NCBI GenBank assembly: GCA_000002435.2
Contig: CM018793.1
From: Giardia intestinalis
Lineage: Eukaryota
Direction: 5' to 3' (one strand)
Length of the DNA: 64,000 nt
This document shows positions 56,626 through 64,000 of the stretch, piece after piece (position 1 is the stretch's first letter; the number at the start of each line of letters is the position of its first letter). The notes beneath the pieces were generated by a model. That model saw only the letters and a program-made list of their open reading frames with translations, ran no database searches and had not been told where the DNA came from. The translations under genes and the position numbers were made by a program.

Positions 56626-58482
56626 TTATTCGATAACCTTTAACGTGTAGTTTGCCTGAACTACATCCTTAAACAGATTACTCATGCGCTTAGTAAGGCT
56701 GATTTTGTATGGTGTCGGGGCTGTGGCGCGTATGTGGTCTGGACGCATGGTCAGAAGCTGCTCCACTACATATCGTTGAATGTCCAGTACTTGCGGGTGC
56801 TTCAGCTTAATGACTTCTCGCCGCTCACGGTCTACAGACGTCTCGTGGGGGTAGTTAATTTCTCCTGTCTTTAGAATGCAAGTGTGTACCGCTTCAACCT
56901 TGGATGGATACATCATGAGCTGGCGCGTTGGTGTGTGTGGATGTAAACAGTGGACTGGTTGCCGCTCTTTTATTTCCTCGTCTGGGCGTGCAATGAGGTC
57001 TACAAAGGGCGTGTGAGTGCTCGTGTAGAGGCGATAGAGTATCTTTTGCCCAGGAATGGTCACTTTTCCAATCTCATCACTGAACTTAATTCTTGGGATT
57101 CCATCCAGTTCTACAAGCTTGTACACGCCCCCAAGGCTAGGCTGAGAGTTGCATGTCACTAGGTGTGTCCCTATGCCAAACATATCGATACACGCACCTT
57201 CTTTGACCAAATTGTAAAGTATCTCCTCATCGAGGTCATTAGACGCAATCACAAGACAATCTGCAATAGACCCATCCTTCCCACAAAGAAGTGGGTGTGT
57301 GCGTATAGCAGCATCCAACGTAGAAAACGCTCTCTTAATCTCTATACTAAGAAATGAAAGGTCTCCACTATCCAGACGCACACCGCGTGGCTGCACACTA
57401 CATTCAATAAGCCCACACGCCACTATGAGGAAGTTATAAAGACCTGAGTTAAGTGAGTCATACGTATCTATGAGCGCTACAAATGAATTGGGATGTGTGT
57501 AAGCATAGATCATGAATGCACTTAGCTCGGTCAAATTAGCCCTGTAGACCGGATAGATAGGAAGCCTTTCATTAGTAGGACTCTCTGTGGCCTTATAGAC
57601 CTCGGGCTCTTTGGACTCAGCAGGATCCTGGGCGAACAAGCGGGCTTTCCAGTCCATGCACTTTTGTACAAAACTCTCAAAGGATAATGGCAAGTGGGCC
57701 AACGCGACTGAGTCCTTAGAACGAAGCAAAGACATAGAATCAGAGTTTTGGAGAGATGCTAAGAGTGCTTCGGGGGTATCGACAACGGAGAGCACAAATG
57801 AATGTGCCATAGTGCCAACGGGAAGAATGCCTAACTTTCTGGCAGCATACATATTGCTTGTTCCGTTACAGCCTCCCATGATAGCGTATTCAGAGGCACA
57901 TATGCCCCCATTCACCCCCTGCGCCCGACGAAGCCCAAACTCCGATAACACAGGGTTGCTGCAGATTGACTGTACATACGCGTTTCTCTGGTCATATGGT
58001 ATGGTAGAATAAATCTCCATAATCTTTTCGTAGTTGCATGCAACACGTAGGCGGCAAGCTTTCGTGCAAACCAGAGTCGGATAATTGATTAGTACCAAAA
58101 GAGTACTCTCCAGAAGTTGACAGAGCAAGAGGGGGCCGCGGACTATAATCACAGGCTCCCCAGCAAACACAATTGTTCCCTCCTTCGGGGCATAAAGCTC
58201 CAGCTGCCTCCATGAAAGGGTTTTGAGATAGTCAAAGAAGCCCGGGTCAAGGTCTGGTAGACAAAGCTTTAAATAGCTAATGTCATCGTCACTGAAGCGG
58301 AAGTCAAGGATAAAGTCCAGCAGATCTCGCAGACCAGCAAAGACGGCGTACTGTCCGTTAAATGGGTTCTGCCGGAAGAACATTTCGAAGGTTGCCTGCC
58401 GGTTTGCGAATCCTGCTTGGTAGTAGGAGTATGCCATAGTATACTGATAGAAGTCATTCAGCAGAGGAGTCGGGCTGTACAT
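56626..58482 (-). CDS. NAPRT: nicotinate phosphoribosyltransferase (NAPRT)
   Basis: LLNDFYQYTMAYSYYQAG..ATFEMFFRQNPFNGQYAVFAGL..ISYL..EGTIVFAGEPVIIVRGPLLLCQLLESTLLVLINYPTLVCTKACRLR is collinear with the NAPRT N-terminal and catalytic regions. Confidence 0.9.
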   Translation of the reverse strand: MYSPTPLLNDFYQYTMAYSYYQAGFANRQATFEMFFRQNPFNGQYAVFAGLRDLLDFILDFRFSDDDISYLKLCLPDLDPGFFDYLKTLSWRQLELYAPKEGTIVFAGEPVIIVRGPLLLCQLLESTLLVLINYPTLVCTKACRLRVACNYEKIMEIYSTIPYDQRNAYVQSICSNPVLSEFGLRRAQGVNGGICASEYAIMGGCNGTSNMYAARKLGILPVGTMAHSFVLSVVDTPEALLASLQNSDSMSLLRSKDSVALAHLPLSFESFVQKCMDWKARLFAQDPAESKEPEVYKATESPTNERLPIYPVYRANLTELSAFMIYAYTHPNSFVALIDTYDSLNSGLYNFLIVACGLIECSVQPRGVRLDSGDLSFLSIEIKRAFSTLDAAIRTHPLLCGKDGSIADCLVIASNDLDEEILYNLVKEGACIDMFGIGTHLVTCNSQPSLGGVYKLVELDGIPRIKFSDEIGKVTIPGQKILYRLYTSTHTPFVDLIARPDEEIKERQPVHCLHPHTPTRQLMMYPSKVEAVHTCILKTGEINYPHETSVDRERREVIKLKHPQVLDIQRYVVEQLLTMRPDHIRATAPTPYKISLTKRMSNLFKDVVQANYTLKVIE

Positions 58483-58547
58483 GCTTTTGAGCAGTTTAAT
58501 ATGGTTATTTATTTCAAAATCACATCGGTATCACCGTCCACTATAAG

Positions 58548-59048
58548 CTACAGCCTCTCAATAGCAAATTGCGAGCGGAGCCTCCTAGGTTTTGGCCGTT
58601 TCTGCACTGCGGTTTCGTGTTCCACGACAGCTGCGTGAGGATCATTTTCGAAAACGAAGGGCGGAAGCTCGTATCTGACAGAAGCTTCTGGTGCTCTAGC
58701 TTTCTGCTGCAGATCCGAGGGCACAGCAGCATATGCTAAGTTCCCTTCTTCCAAATTCTGGGGATCGTCGCGCAGGTTTTTATCGAACTTTTCCTTCTGG
58801 CTCTTTATGCTGTCCAAGACACTCTTCACCCTTGCCTTGACAGCGCAGTCAGACCTTTCCACAAAAATGCCACAGCCGAGGTGAACCACAAGAGGCTCTC
58901 GGCTGGGGTGCTTAGTGGATATGAGGGCCACGTTTCCTAAGCGCATATAGGGCCGTGGCTCGCCCCTCTCGCGAATGCCCATATGGCGCTGGAGGTTGCA
59001 GAGCTCGCTGTGCACCGCCGCCAGTGCGTCCGGGGCCCGGGGGTTCAT
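58548..59048 (-). CDS. prefoldin alpha-type subunit-like protein (PFD/UXT-like), tentative
   Basis: PYMRLGNVALISTKHPSREPLVVHLGCGIFVERSDCAVKARV fits the alpha-prefoldin beta-hairpin region, and the flanks are coiled-coil-prone. The ORF-track N-terminal extension (to 59186) runs through the tRNA gene and is rejected. The first ATG is at 59048. Confidence 0.45.
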   Translation of the reverse strand: MNPRAPDALAAVHSELCNLQRHMGIRERGEPRPYMRLGNVALISTKHPSREPLVVHLGCGIFVERSDCAVKARVKSVLDSIKSQKEKFDKNLRDDPQNLEEGNLAYAAVPSDLQQKARAPEASVRYELPPFVFENDPHAAVVEHETAVQKRPKPRRLRSQFAIERL

Positions 59049-59111
59049 CGTCCGTTTTACACTGAATAGATCGCTAAGACATAGGCATTTTCCGGTCTGC
59101 GCGCCCGCCGC

Positions 59112-59185
59112 GGTCCGATAGTGTAGCTGGTTAGCACGTTCGCTTGACGTGCGAGAGGTCCGGAGTTCGAGTCTCCGTCGGATCA
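59112..59185 (+). tRNA. tRNA-Val, anticodon read as GAC
   Basis: GGTCCGATAGTGTAGCTGGTTAGCACGTTCGCTTGACGTGCGAGAGGTCCGGAGTTCGAGTCTCCGTCGGATCA folds as a cloverleaf. Acceptor GGTCCGA/TCGGATC (one G-U pair). D loop with GG. Anticodon stem TTCGC/GCGAG, loop TTGACGT (U33, GAC, G37). 5-nt variable loop. T stem CGGAG/CTCCG with loop TTCGAGT. Discriminator A. Near-identical in architecture to metazoan tRNA-Val(AAC). Coordinates are accurate to +/-1. Confidence 0.85.
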
Positions 59186-60142
59186 CTTTCCGTTCACTGC
59201 GCGCGGGCCGCTGAGGTCGAGGGCCCGCACGGCCCCCACGACGCCCGCCGTGCTGCCGAGCCGGGGGAGCTCCGGCAGGGGCGGTGCTGACCGCCCGGTG
59301 CAGCCAGAAAGAGCTCCCAGCCTCCGGGAAAGCAGGGAAACGAGTCTTTTCGCCTCGGCGAGGAAGGAAAGCGGCTCCTGCTGCGCTACATGCTTCTCCG
59401 AGCTAGAGACAGACTCCATCACCAAACGCACCTGCTGCGTGAGGTCATTGATTTCTCTGGTAAGCGCCTCCCGATGCACGCCTGCGAGTCGAGTGAGTGC
59501 CCGTTCTAGAGTCACAAATCTCTCTGTAATTACATTAATGATTTCCACCTTTCGGTTGTTTAGATTACTAACTGCTTCCTCCAGCTGTAGATCCAGGTCG
59601 TGCTGCTGGCGTCTGAGCCTCCAGACATGCTTGCGAATCTCTGCAACTGCTAGGCGGATTGCAGTGGTCTTGTTGTGGATCGTGTTTCCAAAGTGCTCCG
59701 CCGCCTCTGTTATAGTGAGCAAGGCCTTCTCAGTGTACAAGGCTGACGACGCGCAGGATGTACAAATAAGCTCACCGGTTTGTACACAAAAGTAGTGGAC
59801 AGAGGTGTTTTTTGTATCTTTGTGGCTTAGTGCCTGACATGTGACAGGAATCAAAGCTGGTAGCTCCGGCGTTATCTTAGAATCTATTGAGGTGAGATGC
59901 GGCGAGATGGCCAAGCAAAAAGGGCACTCCATAGTATCAGGCGGGAGAGATTTGTTTCCCTCCACCAGTACCACAATGCAACGATCGCAGAACGTGTGTC
60001 CACAACCGAGCATAAATGCTTTGCTGAGCGAGAGACAGCATAGGTCGCAGTACCCTCTCTCCCAGTTGGCCGGGGCATCTTCTATGGCATGTATCACTGA
60101 CTTGTGGACGCCCTGTTGGCTATTCCGTAGTCCACGAATCAT
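59183..60142 (-). CDS. RING-finger / B-box-like / coiled-coil (RBCC, TRIM-like) protein, probable E3 ubiquitin ligase
   Basis: C3HC4 RING CDLCCLSLSKAFMLGCGHTFCDRCI..x..CPFC. A second Cys/His cluster HYFCVQTGELICTSCAS (B-box-like). Long heptad-rich C-terminus. The stop codon overlaps the last 3 nt of the tRNA on the opposite strand. Confidence 0.65.
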   Translation of the reverse strand: MIRGLRNSQQGVHKSVIHAIEDAPANWERGYCDLCCLSLSKAFMLGCGHTFCDRCIVVLVEGNKSLPPDTMECPFCLAISPHLTSIDSKITPELPALIPVTCQALSHKDTKNTSVHYFCVQTGELICTSCASSALYTEKALLTITEAAEHFGNTIHNKTTAIRLAVAEIRKHVWRLRRQQHDLDLQLEEAVSNLNNRKVEIINVITERFVTLERALTRLAGVHREALTREINDLTQQVRLVMESVSSSEKHVAQQEPLSFLAEAKRLVSLLSRRLGALSGCTGRSAPPLPELPRLGSTAGVVGAVRALDLSGPRAVNGK

Positions 60143-60216
60143 ACTTTAATTCATTACACTATGGCATAATAACCGTTTCCACTCTTCAGTCCCTACCTCA
60201 AGTGGCCTAGCACTAA

Positions 60217-61704
60217 ATGGCGGCCTTTGCAGATTGGCTCCAGAAGGCGCAGAGTCTCGCAGTTCAGGAGAAAAACGCTGTTACTGCCCTTCATTCCTCG
60301 TTGGAGCAATCCTCAACGCGTGGCCTAAACGTAGAGTTGAGGACTCTCAGGCAAGCTGATGTATTGGCCATTGCAGAACGCATCTCAGAGTCTCGAAAGG
60401 TCAAACAACATTTGGACCGGCTTCAATTCCTAGTTCAGCAGCTAGGGCTCCAGCTGACATCGAATGCATCTATTGAGGACATCAAGGAGCATGTACAATT
60501 GTTAGATAAACAATTGTATGGTGCACGGCAGGGCTGGGAGCAAGCAAACGACAACCTCCTTTCGCGTGAAGAGGAGCTTCGTGGAGCTGTTACTCAGGCT
60601 GAAGTGCGCTTTGCTACTCTCGAAAAGCTTTCAGCTGACTCCGTAGCAGCCGGTGCTCCTCGGCTACCTGTAAAGCGTACTTCTTCTGCTCCTGCATCAT
60701 CTTCACAACGGCCGTTTGCACGCGATGTCCGTCCAAGAGCGCTGCAACTGATAGAGGAGGAGATGGAGCGTCTGGGCGGTCGGACTGGTGGATGGGATCC
60801 AGCAGACCACGATAAGTTCTACAGCTACTGGAAGATGTCGGGGCAGCAGACAGATAAGCACAGATTTGTCAAGGACATACAGAAGCACTTCCCCCTCTAT
60901 ACGTTGGCTGCTCTTGTAGCACACAATGAGTTTATGGTACGATACGACGAGCTTAACAACCAGAGAAAGCGCTATATTGAGCGTTGGAGAGCCAATCAGG
61001 CTACAAATCTGGATATTCTCATGCAAGGCATTCAAGATCCTGCCACACTGACGCATAGTAAGGCTATGCAAGCCCGGAAAACTACGCAAGAAAAAATACT
61101 AGTCAAGGAACGCCTTCGAGCCCTTCAAGAGCGGAAGAATATGGACTTTGAAAATAACCTCGCAATTGGTCTCCGACGGAAAAGGCGACTTCAGCGAGAG
61201 GCCAGTAACGCTAGACGTGCACTACGAAAGCGTGCCCTCACAGCGAGGGCTAAGAAAACCACCTTGATCGAGGACCAGCCTTCTGAGCCTGTCGAGGACC
61301 TACTATGCACTAGCGCAGAACAGCAACGCAAGATTCAGGAGCTTCGACGACAACGACGCGCAGAGCTAGAACTACTTAAGAAGCGTCACGAGGACCAAAT
61401 TCAAGCTGCCGCACAAAGACGAAAACAGCAGGAAGAGGCTCATCGCCGGCGCTCCTTGGCTTCGAGGGACACAGAACTAGCAGAACACGCGAAACGTGTT
61501 CAGCCATTAAGCATTCAGCAAATCAAGCGGGATCCTGCACGAATCATGCAGCAGACAGCGGCAATGGAGGCCAACAAGAAAGTGTTAGAGGAGGCCAAAA
61601 AAAGACGAGAATCGGGAGAAAACTACCTCGTCAATGTAACTCAGGGCTTTGATCCCTTCAATCCTTTTCTCGGTGGACTTGCACAGCCACTGTGGATGCA
61701 CTAG
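60217..61704 (+). CDS. coiled-coil protein, hypothetical (495 aa)
   Basis: ATG ORF dominated by charged heptad repeats (Q/E/R/K-rich). No catalytic motif. Confidence 0.55.
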   Translation: MAAFADWLQKAQSLAVQEKNAVTALHSSLEQSSTRGLNVELRTLRQADVLAIAERISESRKVKQHLDRLQFLVQQLGLQLTSNASIEDIKEHVQLLDKQLYGARQGWEQANDNLLSREEELRGAVTQAEVRFATLEKLSADSVAAGAPRLPVKRTSSAPASSSQRPFARDVRPRALQLIEEEMERLGGRTGGWDPADHDKFYSYWKMSGQQTDKHRFVKDIQKHFPLYTLAALVAHNEFMVRYDELNNQRKRYIERWRANQATNLDILMQGIQDPATLTHSKAMQARKTTQEKILVKERLRALQERKNMDFENNLAIGLRRKRRLQREASNARRALRKRALTARAKKTTLIEDQPSEPVEDLLCTSAEQQRKIQELRRQRRAELELLKKRHEDQIQAAAQRRKQQEEAHRRRSLASRDTELAEHAKRVQPLSIQQIKRDPARIMQQTAAMEANKKVLEEAKKRRESGENYLVNVTQGFDPFNPFLGGLAQPLWMH

Positions 61705-61779
61705 CTTTTATTAATTCAAGAGACTACGAATATACTAATGAACTTCCCAACCCTTTGTTTGCAGATCACTTAAATTAAA

Positions 61780-62931
61780 ATGACTACCCTTGCAGAAAAA
61801 GCTGACGGGAGGAATATTTTGTTCTGGATAGGATGTGGCACTGTTCTGATATCTACTACTTGCCAGAATGTAGGGATGTTCATTCAGAAAAAATCTCATT
61901 TACGGCAGCAAATGCGTGACAAAACAGCCTCGCCACGGTATTGGCGAAGCGTTGGCTGGTGGGTGGGCATTGTTGTCTTTGTCTTCGGGGTAATAATGGA
62001 TTTTGTGTCACTTTCTCTACTCCCCACAACTGTGACACTTCCGCTGGGGTCAGTGGGCCTGGTCATCTCTCTCCTCTGCTCCCACTTTGGACTACACGAA
62101 CGTCTATCCTGTTATGACATCATCGGTCTTGTGTTTGTAATTACTGGCGCGTGCATCACCATGATCTTTATACCAAAGGAGCGCTCTCTCTTGACAGTCC
62201 CCGTTCTGCGCGACATGCTCCGGGTCAAGAACATAGAGCTGTGGTATTTTCTTGCATTCTTCTTGCTGACTCCCGCAGTAGTCGGAGTATCATTTGCACT
62301 GCCGTGTGCGTTAACGTATGGAATCTGTCCTGGAGTTAACGGGACTATCACGATGATCTGTGGGAAGATAATTGGCGAGCTAACGCTCCAAACTTTGTTC
62401 TATAATAGCAATCAAATGAAATACATCGAATACTATGCTTTTGTTCTTTGCATTGTGCCCTCCGTGCTGTGCCAGAACCACATGCTGCAACGAGCCTTAG
62501 CTCACTATGATAATATGATTATCGTCCCGGTCTACTATGTTTCTCTGACCATCCTTAATTGTTTGACGGGCTTGCTTTTCTTTAAAGATTTCTCCAATAT
62601 TACTGTCGGCTCCAGCCTTGCATTTGCCGCGGGGATTTTGATTGTGTGCATTGGTTGTGTTTTCCTTAGCATTACACATATTAATAGTCCAAACCGTCTA
62701 GAATCATTCCGAACAAAGAATACCTGTCCCGATGGACCCGTAATTCACATGCATACCACATGCTTACAGACTATCTGCCCGCTCAGCGACCTGGACAATA
62801 TAGTTGATAAACCTGAAGTCAAGCGAAGGGTTTGTAGCTTTCGGAAACACCAACGGCCGCAGGTCTATGAGCAATCTCCGTGTAAAATAGTGACGGGGCA
62901 AAAGTGCCCCCCTGTATGCAGCCAGCAATGA
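61780..62931 (+). CDS. NIPA-like magnesium transporter (DUF803 family)
   Basis: IGCGTVLISTTCQNVGMFIQKKS parallels NIPA IGLxLAISSSxFIGSSFIxKKKG. LPLGSVGLVISLLCSHFGLHERLS..IGLVFVITGACITMIFIPKE parallels the NIPA TM3-4 region. ~9 TM helices. Initiator taaattaaaATG. Confidence 0.65.
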   Translation: MTTLAEKADGRNILFWIGCGTVLISTTCQNVGMFIQKKSHLRQQMRDKTASPRYWRSVGWWVGIVVFVFGVIMDFVSLSLLPTTVTLPLGSVGLVISLLCSHFGLHERLSCYDIIGLVFVITGACITMIFIPKERSLLTVPVLRDMLRVKNIELWYFLAFFLLTPAVVGVSFALPCALTYGICPGVNGTITMICGKIIGELTLQTLFYNSNQMKYIEYYAFVLCIVPSVLCQNHMLQRALAHYDNMIIVPVYYVSLTILNCLTGLLFFKDFSNITVGSSLAFAAGILIVCIGCVFLSITHINSPNRLESFRTKNTCPDGPVIHMHTTCLQTICPLSDLDNIVDKPEVKRRVCSFRKHQRPQVYEQSPCKIVTGQKCPPVCSQQ

Positions 62932-62984
62932 TTACAGAGCAAGAAAGCAAGCAAGCGATTCTATCTATTAGTTACTTTAGTTCT

Positions 62985-63959
62985 TTACTCAAAGTCTTTA
63001 AGGTTATGTTCCAACTTTTCAATACGGCGCTCCAGGTCATCCATTTGCTTGACCGTACGCCTAATATTCGGTTTCATGGGCCATTCCTTAGGCCTTCCCT
63101 TCTTATCGTAAGCATTCTTTCCAACTTCTTCATAATATTCACTACTGAAGATCTCTTTGCTTTTTTCCGCCCACTCTTTTCTTCGAGCCTCCTTTCTCTC
63201 CTCTTTGAGCTCATTAATTACCCACGAGCCAATGTTGCTTGTTGTGTACGTTCCATTAAAGTTAGTGAAGACGTCGTCTGCTAGTAGCAGAAGATGAGGA
63301 AACTTGCGCATCAATATACGACTGCAGTAATTGTTCTCATCGAGGGTTCCGTCGCAGTTAACTGTCATTGTGGTTACGTTATCCTTTAGAGAGGTTGCCA
63401 ATCGCTGGATGGAGATCATGTTTGCCGCACACGTCTTGCACATCTTACTGGTAAAGAACAACAGCACCGGCTTTCGATCAGTTTCTTCGTAAAAATCAAG
63501 AAGATCCTCCTCAGAGACGAAGGAATACATATCTTCCGGGTCTCCTCTCTGTATTCTATCTAACACAAAGGCTGCTACGTTGGGTACATTGAATGACTCC
63601 TCCATTAACTCTGTTACGTTCTCCTCGCCAAGATGCATCATGAGACGGGGGAGCTTTTTGAAATAAGACAGGTTGAATGCGTCATTATTGGCCTTATTCT
63701 GCTTGTCAATAAGAAATATCGGGTGAAGCCCCTGCACGACCATCGCTTGGGATATGTTATGTAGATCTTGAAGGGTCTCTTTTTGCTGATCCGTTGCTGC
63801 AGCTGAATCCCAGTAAATCGCTATCAGGTCACCGCCCAATTTAAGCATTTCATTATGTGTGATGGAACGCAGACCCTCAGCGGATGCGTCTTGTTGGGGC
63901 GGAGTTGTGTCTGTTGTGAGGTAGAGTGCGAACAAAAACAGGAAGGAAACTATTCTCAT
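62985..63959 (-). CDS. secreted thioredoxin-fold protein (PDI-related?), hypothetical
   Basis: Signal peptide MRIVSFLFLFALYLTT. Thioredoxin-like segment PVLLFFTSKMCKTCAANMISIQRLA with CKTC in place of CGHC. Lys/Glu-rich coiled C-terminus. Family placement is tentative. Confidence 0.5.
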   Translation of the reverse strand: MRIVSFLFLFALYLTTDTTPPQQDASAEGLRSITHNEMLKLGGDLIAIYWDSAAATDQQKETLQDLHNISQAMVVQGLHPIFLIDKQNKANNDAFNLSYFKKLPRLMMHLGEENVTELMEESFNVPNVAAFVLDRIQRGDPEDMYSFVSEEDLLDFYEETDRKPVLLFFTSKMCKTCAANMISIQRLATSLKDNVTTMTVNCDGTLDENNYCSRILMRKFPHLLLLADDVFTNFNGTYTTSNIGSWVINELKEERKEARRKEWAEKSKEIFSSEYYEEVGKNAYDKKGRPKEWPMKPNIRRTVKQMDDLERRIEKLEHNLKDFE

Positions 63960-64000
63960 TCTTATTTTTCATTATGAAGGAATTTACTCTGAGCCCAGAG

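Overview
This window is eukaryotic, not prokaryotic. Genes are intron-free and tightly packed on both strands, with A/T-rich initiator stretches abutting the ATGs, AGTRAAY-type poly(A) signals just after stop codons, and spurious open antisense frames over GC-rich coding DNA. The centre holds cysteine-rich (CxxC, GGCY-like) type-I membrane protein genes whose C-termini are a hydrophobic segment plus the pentapeptide CRGKA. That tail is diagnostic of Giardia variant-specific surface proteins (VSPs), so the window is most likely a Giardia intestinalis chromosomal segment. 0.6-25 kb and 46.5-64 kb are ordinary housekeeping DNA: RbAp48-like WD40, ABCG transporter, phosducin-like, diflavin oxidoreductase, DTW protein, CAP-H2-like kleisin, USP deubiquitinase, TLDc protein, 2-Cys peroxiredoxin, axonemal dynein LC1, PHD protein, HAD phosphatase, 21.1-type ankyrin protein, Dim1, DnaJC3-like, SLC35F-like, eIF2beta, NAPRT, prefoldin-like, tRNA-Val, RING/B-box protein, NIPA-like transporter and a thioredoxin-fold protein. 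25.2-46.4 kb is an accessory surface-antigen locus. It starts with a GC-rich island. Then comes a head-to-tail array of seven VSP units with an exact 1835-bp period. Six of these are 5'-truncated cassettes with no start codon or signal peptide, the first unit has a degraded 5' end, and the last has a degraded 3' end. A GC-rich spacer, an intact high-cysteine membrane protein (HCMP) gene and a frameshifted HCMP pseudogene follow. The signal-less VSP cassette array, with mosaic variant patches between copies, is the most interesting structure in the window. Coordinates of small motifs are read by eye and may be off by 1-2 nt. No database search was possible; all homology calls rest on motifs I recognise in the translations.
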